Under the pieces are notes generated by a model, which saw only the letters and a program-made list of their open reading frames with translations, did no database searches and was not told the origin of the DNA. Positions 52,181 through 64,000 of a DNA stretch of 64,000 nt are shown here, in pieces. Both the position numbers and the translations under genes were made by a program. Each line of letters opens with the position of its first letter. The stretch's first letter is position 1. Origin of the DNA: Octopus vulgaris. Lineage: Eukaryota. The stretch is from NCBI GenBank assembly GCA_951406725.2, contig OX597836.1, forward strand, positions 7,688,001 through 7,752,000. Reading direction: 5' to 3'.

Positions 52181-53467
52181 TCAGGTCATCACATAAGTTC
52201 TGTCCGATTTTACCGTTTTTAAAATTGAATAAAATTTAATAGTATTTTAGAATGTCTAATGGAATTAAAAATTGTTTTTATGTGTTTGTGTATATTTAAA
52301 CTAATTAAATATTATTTTACAAAATAATAGAATTAAAATTTCTTTGATTAAAACCCTTTCTAACTTGGAAGTATCCAAAGAGCATTTGAGGCACACAATG
52401 CTTTATGAGTACAAAAAAGGAAACTCTGCAGCCAAAGCGATTCGAAACATACAATAAGTTTATGGGAAAGAATGATGCTTGAATGAAAGAACTTGCAGAA
52501 GATGGTTTGCAAAATTCAGAAGTGGAGATTTCAGCTTTGAAGAGGAAGATCGAACAGGACATCCAGTTGATTTTGATGATAAGCTCCTTGAGGCATTACT
52601 TGAAGAAAATCCTGCATTATCAGCTGAAGGATTAGCAATAAAGCTTAGTTCAAACCATACAACTGTTCATCTTCAACAACTTGGAAAGGTTCCTAAACTT
52701 GGAATATGGGTGCCTCATGAATTGTTCGAAGGCAACCGCAAATCCTGAGTTGACATATCTGTTCTTCTCTCCATTCTCGCGAACTCATTTCACCCTTTTT
52801 GGATAGACTTGTGACTGGTGACGAAAAATGGATCTTCTATCAAAATGTTAAATGTCAAAAACAGTGGCTTGGTAAAAGGGAAAAAGCTCAACCATAACCG
52901 AGAAGGGAACTTCATGGGAAAAAGGTTCTTCTCTCTATCTGGTGGGATTGCAAAGGAGTAATTCACTTTGAATTGTTACCACCTAATGCAACAATCAATG
53001 CTGAAGTCTACTGTCAGCAATTAGAATATTTGAACCAAGCTTTGAAGAAAAAAAGACCTGCTTTAGTGAATCGAAAAGGAGTGATGTTTCATCAGGACAA
53101 TGCATGACCCCACACTGCAAAGATCACATCACAGAAGATCGAAGAGCTTGGTTGGAAAAAAATTCTTCATCCACCTTATTTTCCTGACCTTGCTCCTTCA
53201 GACTACCATTTGTTTTGTAGTTTACAGAATCATTTGGGGGACATAACTTTTGCAAGCCAGGAGGGGGTCGAAACTGACATTTCAGAGTTCTTCGCTTTGA
53301 AACCAAAAGAGTTTTACATTGATGGGATTAAAAATCTTGTAAATAGATGGAAGGAAGTCATAGATAATCAGGGAAAGTACATTGATGATTAAATTTCAAT
53401 TAAATATAACATTTGATCACTTGTTTTCTTCATTCAAAATTCAGACAGAACTTATGGGACGGCCTGA
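52181..53467 (+). mobile_element. Full-length mariner transposon (1287 bp) nested in a hAT MITE (51944-53490)
   Basis: TA|tcaggtcatcacataagttctgtccgatttt ... aaaattcagacagaacttatgggacggcctga|TA. Confidence 0.95.
52365..53392 (+). pseudogene. Mariner DD34D transposase pseudogene
   Basis: HLRHTMLYEYKKG, ERTCRRWFAKFRSG, WVPHEL, VTGDEKW, HQDNA*PH, YFPDLAPSDYHLF; TTG in place of the start, in-frame stops and a frameshift. Confidence 0.95.
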
Positions 53468-53499
53468 TAGATCCTGATTGAAAACCACTGCATTTCATT

Positions 53500-53736
53500 T
53501 TGCATTTCATCCTTTCAGGTCTGATAAAATAAAGCACTGAGCTGGCAGAATCGTTAGCAGGTTGGACGAAATGCTTAGTGGTATTTCACCCACCACTACA
53601 TTCTGAGTTCAAATTCTGCTGGGGTCGACTCCGCCTTTCATCCTTTCAGATTAAATACCAGTGAAACACTGGGGTTGATGTAATCGACTAGTCCCTCTCC
53701 CCCACAATTTCAGGCCTTGTGCCTATAGTAGAAAGG

Positions 53737-53781
<45 letters not shown>

Positions 53782-54000
53782 TTTATGGCAGTGAGCTGGC
53801 AGAATCGTTAGCACACCAGGTGAAATTCTTATCAGTATTTTTGCCCGTCATGTTCTGAGTTCAGATTCCACCAGGGTTGTCTTTACCTTTCATCTTTTTG
53901 TGGTTGATAAATTAAGTACCAGTTGAGCACTGGGGGTTTATGTAGTCAACTAGTTCCCTCCCTCAAAATTTCAGGCCTTGTGCCTATAGCAGAAAGGATT
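53500..54000 (+). mobile_element. Tandem SINE-B copies separated by (ATT)n, ending in (ACT)n
   Basis: Repeated gagctggcagaatcgttagc..ggccttgtgcctatag. Confidence 0.85.
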
Positions 54001-56498
54001 ACTACTACTACTACTACTACTACTACTTGTTGAAGTTCATTTTAATTTTGCACTTTAGTATTGTATTTTCTGGCACTTAACTTGGATTCTAATGAATAAC
54101 TTTAAGTATTCTGTAGAACAGAATGTCAGCGACCAGATCAGGAGTGTATATTGTATTTATTGACACTGTCACATTATTATCATTATTATTGTTGTTGTTG
54201 TTCAGTCCCACACAGCTTCCATCTGCATCCTGAAGACTGGAAACAATGGACCCTCTTGTATGGTTGTGACACTCATTTTGGAACTACCATGTAATGTCAA
54301 GACAGACACAGATATGTACAGTATTATCAACGCTCATCGTTTCCATGCTTGCATGGGTTGGGTGAATGGAATGTGTTAAGATTGTCTACTGCCAGATGCC
54401 CTTTCCATCATCAACCCTCACTCCGTTCCAAGGTAATATTTGCCCATGACATGTTTTCATGAAATATTGGGAACAAAGGACATGACTTGCACGATGACAG
54501 TCATTTACAGCCATCACATGATGTCAAGGCAAGTAGGTAGCAACACACATATACACATCTATATATGTATACGACAGGCTTCTTTCAGTTTTCATCTACT
54601 AAATCCACTAACAAAGCTTTGCTCAGCCCAGGGATAAAGTAGAAAACACTTGCCCAAGGCATTAGACAGTGGGACTGAACCCAGAACCATGTCGTTGGGA
54701 AGTAAACTTCTTACCACACATCTACACCTACACACACACACACATTTACATGCCGGTAAACACATGATAGACTTCTTTCAGATTCCGTCTACCAAATTCA
54801 CTCACAGGGCTAAAGTTTGCCTGGGGATGTAGTAAAAGATATTTGTCAAAGGTATCATGCTGTGAGATTGAACCTGGAACCATGTGATTGGGAAGCAAGC
54901 TTCTTAACCACAGTCATGCCTGTGCCATATAATCCTACTACATAACTGTGAAGCGGTATGGCCTAAAGTACTGAGTTCACAATCATCAGTTCGTAAGTTC
55001 AATTGCTGGATCAGGTGACATGTCCTTGAGCAAGGTGCTTCACTTCACATTGCTTCAATCTACTCAGCTGAAAATAAGTACCAACTGGTGAAGCTCTCTC
55101 TCTCTCTCTCTCCTCTCCATCTCTCTCTCTCCTCTCCATCTCTCTCTCTCCTCTCCATCTCTCTCTCTCCTCTCCATCTCTCTCTCTCCTCTCCATCTCT
55201 CTTATCCCCGGTGTTCAACTGGATCAAGATTGCGAGGACCAAGAGGGTTTTTATAACTGCTCAGGACTACTTAGACACTTAAAACATTTAGATAATACTT
55301 GGGACATTCTACTGAGTCATACTTACTTAGGAATGATATAACTATCTTTTATCTTTTACTTATTTCAGTCATTGGACTGTGGCCATGCTGGGGCACCACC
55401 TTGAAGGTTTTAGTCCAGTGGTTCTCAACCAAGGTCCATAGGACTCTTGAGGTTTCATATGAGATTTTATTGTTAAAATTTATCTGCAACAAATCGGTTG
55501 TATTTCTACAATACACAATATGTTTTAACAATTTTTTTAATACAATTCCTAACAATATTTAATTATAAAAATCCAATAGTATTTTTTTAAACACTGAATG
55601 GCTATGAAAGTCCATCCCAGTAAAATAGGGATCAAAGAGATCCATAGATACAAATGGTTGAGAACCTCTACTCTAGAATAACACTGCTAGAAATAACAGC
55701 AAACTCACACTACTGTCTTTTTTTTTAAAAAAAAGCACAAAATAACCCGGCATACATACGACTCAATGTAATCTGAAATAAACGTCCACTCAAGTAAAAC
55801 TGGAATCAAAGGGGTCTATTGGTCAAAAAATGGTTGAGAACCACTGGTTCTATCGAATTAAATCATTGCCTGTGCTTACGTCTCTTTTCTTTAAGTCTTG
55901 GTACTTATTCTATCAGACTCTTTGCTGAACTGCTATGAGTGTAAACAAACCAACACCAGTTGTCAAATGATAGTGGTGGTGGAACAAACACACACACAGA
56001 ATGAGCTTCCGCACAGTTTTCATCTACCAAATTCACTCACAAGGAATTCTTTGGCCTGGGGCTCCAGTAGATGACACTTGCCCAAGGTGCCATGCAGTGG
56101 GACTGAACCTGGAACCATGTGGTTGCAAAGCAAGCTTCTTAACCACACAGTCATACCTGTGCACCTATGCTTTGCTTTATTTTATTTTTTTTTTACCATC
56201 ATAATATCTCACCTGATTCTGTAGCAATGTACTCATTTCTCTTTCAGTACACAACATAACATCAAGCCCTCCTCATACGAAAGCAAGCTTATAAACCAGC
56301 GAGAAACTTTAAACAATGTCAGAACTAAATCTACTTGCTGTGTTATTTAAATCTACTTTTCATTGCATATCTCCTATTTTTACCTGACCGTATCTCCAAA
56401 AGTTCACCTATCTCTCTTTTCTCTCCATCAGCTCACCTGTATCTCACAATTATCATACTTAATTATTACATATTTCTTAGTGGCTTCTTAAGCATAGC

Positions 56499-56502
<4 letters not shown>

Positions 56503-56559
<57 letters not shown>

Positions 56560-56720
56560 TCTCCCTCTCTCTCTCTCTCTCTCTCCATTCCACTCTGCTT
56601 ATTTTCCTCTTGTTTTCATTTTTGTTTCACTCTCTCTTCATTTCTATCTGTCAGTCTCTGTTTGTCTGTCTGTCTATCTTCACTTCTATCTGTAAGTCTC
56701 TGTCTCTCTCTCTCTCTCTG

Positions 56721-56778
<58 letters not shown>

Positions 56779-56830
56779 ACTCTCTCTCTCTATCTATCTA
56801 TCTAACCCTATCTATCTATCTTTACTTCTG
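56503..56830. repeat. (CT)n / (CTAT)n microsatellite block
   Basis: Directly visible. Confidence 0.95.
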
Positions 56831-57964
56831 TCTGTCTCTGACTCGCAACTAAACCATCCAGTCTACTCTCAGAAACTGTAAAATCCAAACAACCTACTAA
56901 AACACAAACAGCCCCCAACCTCTGCCCTAATTTATCTGCTGTCTACACTCACCACCGTCCTCTCCCACCCTGCCCAGGCCCCAATACTGCAGGCACATTT
57001 TACATAGAACAATCTCAAGTAGATACTTGAATAATGATCACATGACTTAATCACTTGTGACTACTAAAGCAATTACAACCTTATTACATATTACATCAAA
57101 CTGTGTGTGTTTGTGTGTGAGTTTATATGTGGAAATATATATATATATATCTATGTACATACATACAGACAGACAGACAGACATAACATATCTATTTCAT
57201 GCCTGTCAGGGAAACATGTAGTTGCTTGTCCTGCTAGATATAGCAGTCATATCTCATTCAAATTATACTGTACAAGGTTTAAAAATTAATGGACACATCA
57301 TGCATTGTCATCTCTGATTTTAAAAAAAAATGGTAAGAAGTTTGTGACCCAGATGCTTTGGTCCTCTACAAATTACAGCTGCCCTTGGACTATTATTATT
57401 ATTATTAAGGCAGCAAGTTGGCAGAACAGTTAGCAATCCAGGCAAAATGCTTAGTGGTATTGTTCTGAGTTCAAATTCTGTCAAGACCAACTTTGCTTTC
57501 AACCTTTTAGGGTTGATAAATTAAGTATCAGTGAAACACTGGGGTCGATGAAATTGACTAGCCCACTCCCCCTAAATTTCAGGCCTTGTGTTTATAGTAG
57601 AAAGGATTATTATTATTATTCTTGTTTAACATTTGATAGTTTCAGGCACATTTCCACTTCATTACCTGCTCCACCTTCATGTTGCTGGGATGTGTGCAGC
57701 ATTGTGTGTTCTTTTTTGTTGTTGGGGCAGTGCAAACTCTTCCTGGTATTGTTTTGAGTCAGTTTCTTTTTTTTATGGAGTATGGTGCAGTTTTTTTGTT
57801 GTATTAGTATTTGTATTGTGCTGTGTGTATAATGCGTTGGGTAATGAGCCTGCTGGTGGCAGTTTATTTCATTGGATATTTACTATAGAGAGTGTGTCTT
57901 GTGTTTGTGGATTATTTTCTTTGGATTGTATTATTGAATTGATAGTGTCTTGCATAGAATGTGG

Positions 57965-58250
57965 GCTGTTCACAGCAGGGCTATTTTTTGGATAGTGTGT
58001 AGTGTTGAGGAATTAGGCACAGCTTCTATGTTTTTGCTCATATGCTTTTTTATCAGATCCAATGCTCCACTTATTACTGGTATTGTTTTCACCTTCATGC
58101 TCCGCATCTTGAATACTTCAATTTCAAAGTCTTTGCACCTTGACAATTTCTCCACTTCTTTTTGGACAATATTTTAGTCAGAAGGGATTGCAATGTCTAT
58201 CAGTAAGCGGGTGTTTTTTTTCCAATCCTTGATTATTATGCCTGGGTGAT
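57965..58250 (-). mobile_element. R4/Dong-like LINE fragment, restriction-like endonuclease domain
   Basis: Minus strand IIIKDWKKNTRLLIDIAIP..EKLSRCKDFEIEV..VKTIPVISGAL..IQKIALL, a PD-(D/E)xK RLE signature. Confidence 0.8.
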
Positions 58251-58251
58251 T

Positions 58252-58283
<32 letters not shown>

Positions 58284-58623
58284 ACACACATATGATAGGC
58301 TTCTTTCAGTTTCTGCCTACCAAATCCTCTCACAAGGTTTTAGTTAGCTTGAGGCTATAGCAGAAGACACTTGCACAAGATGCCATGCAGTGGGACTGAA
58401 CCTGGAACCATGTGGTTGATAAGCAAGCTACTTACCACACAACCACTCCTGCACCTGTGCATAGCTTTTTATCTTTTACTTGCTTCAGTCAATGGACTAT
58501 GGACATGCTAAGGCACTGGCTTGAGTTTTATTCAAACAAATTAAGCCCAGTGCTTACACGGGCACAACACATACATACACATGCATGTATAAACACAATG
58601 GGCTTTCACAAGGTTTCTCTCTC

Positions 58624-58779
58624 CTAGCATAGCTAGAGTGTGTGCCATCCAGGGTAGGCCTTCCGTTTGCCCCCCCCCCCCGGCCCTACAAAAAATACAT
58701 ATTGCGTCCAGCAGACCCAAAAGTGGTGCCCCATTAAAAGTGCTGCCTGAGGTAGACTGCCCCTACTTAGCTACACTAG
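58624..58779. mobile_element. Small hAT-like MITE inside a SINE-A
   Basis: Ends ctagcatagcta / tagctacactag; GC-rich body. Confidence 0.5.
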
Positions 58780-59049
58780 TGTCTATTTCCCAAATTTACT
58801 CGCAAGGCACTGGTTGGTCTGGGTCTATAGTAGAAGACACTGGCCAAAGGTGCTGTGCGATGGGACTGAACCTGAAATAACACGGTTGCAGGTATATATG
58901 CATGTTTGGAGCAAGAGAGAGATAGAAAGAGAGATCCTTCTCAGTAAGTTGTAGTATTTTGTCTTTAATGTCTGCTGAGCTTAGAATACATGTAAGTTAG
59001 AAACTGTGACAGACACACTCCAACTCACACATGTATATATATTGATGCT

Positions 59050-59449
59050 TGCATGTTGCGCACACATATATCAAATGACATGCACATGTACACACATAAA
59101 TGCATACACAGGCATATATGCATTTACTCATACATGAAACATACATACACTCACATGCACAGATATATATGTGTATATATATGTATATATATGTGTATAT
59201 GTATAGTCATACACACACACACATACCAAATATATACTATATAGTCACACTTGTACACACACACACACACACACCAAATGACATATACTGTCTCACACTT
59301 ACATGTGTGTGCACACAAATACATATAGACATACACATACACACATGAAAACATAGGCATATGTGTATTCACTCCCACATGGAGACATACACTCACTTGC
59401 ACAGATTTATATAAGTATATATGTATATATATATATGTATGTATACATG

Positions 59450-59492
<43 letters not shown>

Positions 59493-59512
59493 GTATACAT
59501 GCATACACACAA

Positions 59513-59546
<34 letters not shown>

Positions 59547-59560
59547 GTATACATGCACAA

Positions 59561-59630
<70 letters not shown>

Positions 59631-59640
59631 TGCACGCACA
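59050..59640. repeat. Complex (CA)n/(TA)n microsatellite with higher-order repeats
   Basis: Directly visible. Confidence 0.9.
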
Positions 59641-62559
59641 CACCCCTCCCGCACATCTTCATCTCTACATGCTACAACTTCATGGAATATATTATTCCAT
59701 GTCACAACAATCATACAGAACATATCTTTTTCAAAGTGGTTTCTTTATCCTAATTAATTTTAAGCTTCTTTTTCCTTTCTAAATTCAATTGGATATTTTG
59801 AATAAGTTGGATTATTGTTGGGGTATTTTTTTTGTTTTCACTGATTTTTAAGGATTATTGTCTAATTACCGATTAATGGATTCTAAAATATTGGTAGAAA
59901 ATTAATTCTATTCAAAATCTCTTAAGATATTCATTTCTTTTATTCTTTTACTTGTTTCAGTCATTAGACTCTGGCCATGCTGGGGCACAGCCTTGAATAA
60001 TTTTAGATGAATGCATTGACTCCAGTACGTTTTTTTTTTAAATCTGGTACTAATTCTGTTTGTTCCTTTTGCCATGCAGTGGGACTGAACATGTCGTGTG
60101 TGTGTGTGTGTGTTTATATATATATATATATATATATGTACATACATACATGGTTGTGTGGTAAAAGCTTGCTTTCCAACTACATGGTTCCGGGTTCAGT
60201 TCCACTGTGTGGCACTTTATGCAAGTGTCTTCTACTATAGCCTTGGGCCGACCAAAGCCTCGTGAGTGGATTTAGTAGATAGAGACAGAAAGAGGCCCAT
60301 TGTATATATGTGTGTGTGTGTATATATATATATATCTGAGAGTGTGACTCTGTCCACCCCTCCCATCACCATTTGACAACCAGTGTTGGTGTGTTTATGT
60401 CCCTGTAACTTAGTGGTTCAGTAAAAGTGATTGATAGAATAAGTATCAGGATTTAGAAAGTACTGGGATCGATACATTTGACTAAAAGATATTCAAGGCT
60501 GTGCCCCAGCATGGCCACAGTCTGATGACTGAAATGAGTAAAAGATAAAAGATACAACCATGCAAATGCCTGGCAATATATTTTCACATTCAAAGTTAAG
60601 ATTTCAGAATATTATCTAACTAGAAGTCAATCAAATTCATTTGTAAGTCTTCAAGTTGTTTGGGAGACATCAATGAGATATTGTTGAACAGTTGGTGTAA
60701 GTCTGAGCTCATATTTCAGTAGTTATCCATATGCATACATCTCTGTGTTGCATTCATCAATGTGGAAACCTAGAACAGAAGAGCTGTGTATTCTTTCATG
60801 TCGTGTGTAATTAATGATTTGTTTGTGTATTCTGTAAATTAATTAGCATTGCTAGTTCAAGAAAGTATCAAATTTGAAAGTTCTGACCAGACAAGAAGAA
60901 ATATGAGAATGGTATACTTTTTGCAAAACGATTGTTAGTCATGTCTGTCACAGGGATGGTTCAGAAGTTTGCTTTGCGATCATATAGTTTTGGGTTCATT
61001 TCTACCGTGCAGCCTGTGCTAGGGATGAGACGTTCGATAGTTTTTTAGCACGGGAACTTGCTTTCAACCTATCACATTCCTGGAATACTATGTTTTAACA
61101 TTACTACCTGGTCCTCATATGTCTTTGATATTGCCCACTATATTGCAAGCATTTGGACAAAGTCTCCTGTCTGAGAAGAATTCAAGATTCATGATTTCTT
61201 TCTTGCTTTTCCCTAACAGTTTAGAAACCCTACAAAAAGGAAAAAAGCCATAGACTCTGCCCTTCCTCCTCTGTCTTAGCCTTGATATATATATATGTGT
61301 GTGTATAGTGTCGTGTATCATATATATGTAGTATAAATTTCAACTCTTTTAAGTATTATAATTTTAGTTGTTTTAAATCATACTAAATGTGTTGAGTGCA
61401 CTTTTCTTTCGTTTGTCCACTCACACGTGTGTGTGTGTGTGTGTGTATGCTCATTCACAGGGCAATGATTGAGCTGGGGCTACAGTAGAAGACACCTGTC
61501 TAAAGTGCTATGCAGTGGGACTGAACCTGAGACCATGCAGTAGCAAAGTGAGCTTCTTCATCACACGGCCATGCCTGTGCCTATAAAAAGGAAATAAAAA
61601 GAAGATTTCTAAAAAATAATTTATTTTTTTTTTGTAGTGAAACAAATTACATTCATGAAAGCTGTTTTAATAGTTGAAATTTAAAAGTACGAAATGCTAC
61701 AACTAGTACTGTACAAGGTCACTTGTCAGTTTAAGGTTGTTTGCACTAATGACACAAATACATATATTTGAATGAATTATCATTCCACACCCGACCATTG
61801 TAGTGAACCGGCAATGAAAAGAATGGGTGGAGGGTGAGAAAAAAAAAACCCTATTGCTAACACTAGTTAAGTGATTCGTGGGTATTTGACCTGCTAGAAA
61901 TAGTAGCCAAATCTCTCTTAAATCAAAGTGTACTGTCTTTGATTAAAATCGAAAATTCTGAAGGACATGTTCGACAGAAAATGTGGAACTAGGTATACAA
62001 AACGATGTCGGAACTGGTGGGTCAAGGTTGGAATCGCCTCTTGTTGATTGTTGGTCTGTTGAGCCAGTGCTAACTGGAGCTAAACTTGCCACTCTCACTG
62101 CCACCACCACCATCATTACCACCACTACCACAACTACTACTACCACCACCACCATCACTACCACTACTACTACTACTACAGTGACTACTAAAACTACTAT
62201 TACTACCACCACTACCAACGCCACCGCTACTACTACTACTACTACTACTAAAATAGACATGTTACACAACTTTGAGGTTTTGTGTCAGTAAAATGGCAAG
62301 TCATGTAAAAAACAAAACAAAAATAAAAACAAAAAAAAGACATAAAAATCATAAAAAAACCTGCTTAAAATTTCCGGTCTAGTTAGTTTGTTGTAATAAG
62401 TTGACTCTTTGGTGTGGAGAGAAACTATATTGCAGTCTGAGAAATTAGTAAATTGCCAAACAATATACCTCCTGATTGATTCATTGATTTCCAATGTTCA
62501 ATAATTTACGGTAGCAAACTAAAATCACAATTATAGTATTATAGTATCTAACTTTTAAT

Positions 62560-62576
62560 TCTATTGATATATATAT

Positions 62577-62633
<57 letters not shown>

Positions 62634-62736
62634 TACATACATACACACATACATACATACATACATAGATATATACACACACAAATATCTAAATATGATC
62701 TATATAAAATATATACACATATAATGTACATTGTGC

Positions 62737-62767
<31 letters not shown>

Positions 62768-62867
62768 TACATACATACACACACACACATATATATGCAT
62801 AGATATATACACACACAAATATCTAAATATGATCTATATAAAATATATATACACATATAATGTACAT

Positions 62868-62907
<40 letters not shown>

Positions 62908-63045
62908 CATACATGTATATGTATAAATATACACGCACACATATATATAAAATATACATAAGGTGGGTTGTGTGTATTTGTATATATATATATATGTATA
63001 TATATATGTGTGTGTGTGTGTGTATACATACACACACACACACAA
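62560..63045. repeat. Microsatellite block with a ~130-bp tandem duplication
   Basis: caaatatctaaatatgatctatataaaatatat..ataatgtacattgtgc occurs twice. Confidence 0.9.
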
Positions 63046-63569
63046 CTGAGAAAGCTAACAGACTTCAAAGCCATTTAAATACCATAATAATAATTTAAAT
63101 TCTTGAAATTAGAGATAAAGGGTGTTAATTTTCTGTGTGTATGTTTGTGTGAATAACTAAATTGGAAAATGTTCCATCAATGCAATGATTACCAATTTTC
63201 TGTCACTGTGGTAGTGGTTATTATTTTAGCCTGAAGTCACTCCTGGCCTGTGACCAAAAATATTCCATCACCACCATTCGATTGCATAACAAAATTCTTC
63301 ACTATAACAGCAGCTTTCGCTATTTAGCTGTGGTCGTGTGGTTGGGTGATTGACTCTGGTTGTTGGTGGGAATTGAATCCTCTGGTGGAATTTGAACTCG
63401 ACATCATCCTAGAATGAAACATTTGAGCACAGCTGTTTGAATGCTTATTATTTGGCATGACTGACAGGATATTCGGCCTGTTTTGGCACACACATACACA
63501 CACACATACATACACACATACACATACAGGTAAAGAGAATGAGATGAAGAGCACGAAAGACATTACTAT

Positions 63570-63990
63570 TTGTGGAAGTGGTAGACCCAGGAAGACATGC
63601 AATGGAGTGGTGAGAAAGGATCTGCAGATGCTGGGCCTCAATGAGGAAATGACAAGGGACCGGGAGTTGTGGAAATTTATTGTACTCAAGAAGACGAATC
63701 AATCCTAGTAAAATTGCTGTCATCCATACATACAGGCTTGTCCTTTACAGGTGCTGGTGGCACATAACATGCACTCGTACTGGTGCTGCATAAATGCACC
63801 TGTGCTCGTGGCACGTAAAAAGCACTCACCACACTCTGTAAAGAGGTTGGTGTTAGGAAGGATATCCACTGATATAAACTATGCCACAAGAGGCAATTAG
63901 AATCTGGACAGCTCCCTGATAGGTCAGCTCTTGTCAGACCACCCAGCCCATGCCAGCATGGAAAACGGATGCTAAATGATGATGATAATG
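63570..63990 (+). mobile_element. RTE LINE 3' end: ORF2 C-terminus + structured 3' UTR + (GAT)n
   Basis: CGSGRPRKTCNGVVRKDLQMLGLNEEMTRDRELWKFIV then the shared 3' UTR; links the abundant (GAT)n-tailed repeats to this LINE. Confidence 0.85.
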
Positions 63991-64000
63991 ACTAGCATAA

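Noticed and set aside
60608-60642. 35-nt open segment between tttcag and gtaagt
   Set aside because: Poor polypyrimidine tract; expected by chance in 64 kb
61943-62291. Poly-Thr / poly-Val ORFs (mucin-like)
   Set aside because: (ACT/ACC)n trinucleotide repeat with no splice or domain support

Overview
AT-rich, microsatellite-dense animal DNA. The repeat complement strongly suggests a coleoid cephalopod (Octopus-like); this is inferred from repeat families, not proven. The window looks intronic or intergenic. There is no intact protein-coding gene, and nearly all ORFs in the track are artefacts of (TA)n/(CA)n/(CT)n tracts or SINEs. Supported content: two degenerate mariner (DD34D) transposons, RTE-clade and R4/Dong-like LINE fragments, at least three tRNA-derived SINE families, hAT-, piggyBac- and Tc1-type MITEs, long inverted repeats, a tRNA-Thr(TGT) fragment fused to a SINE body, and one plausible short coding exon (47324-47382). 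The most interesting signals are RNA-structural: (i) two homologous copies of a minimal type-I hammerhead ribozyme with an unusual 57-nt stem-loop II, plus a compact degenerate one; (ii) an HDV-like ribozyme fold at the 5' end of an RTE-derived element; (iii) tandemly amplified pseudoknot modules in the RTE 3' UTR, with two copies 5'-truncated at the same base; (iv) a recent ~580-bp near-perfect palindrome that would be a strong dsRNA/ADAR substrate if transcribed. Coordinates were read by eye and may be off by a few bases.
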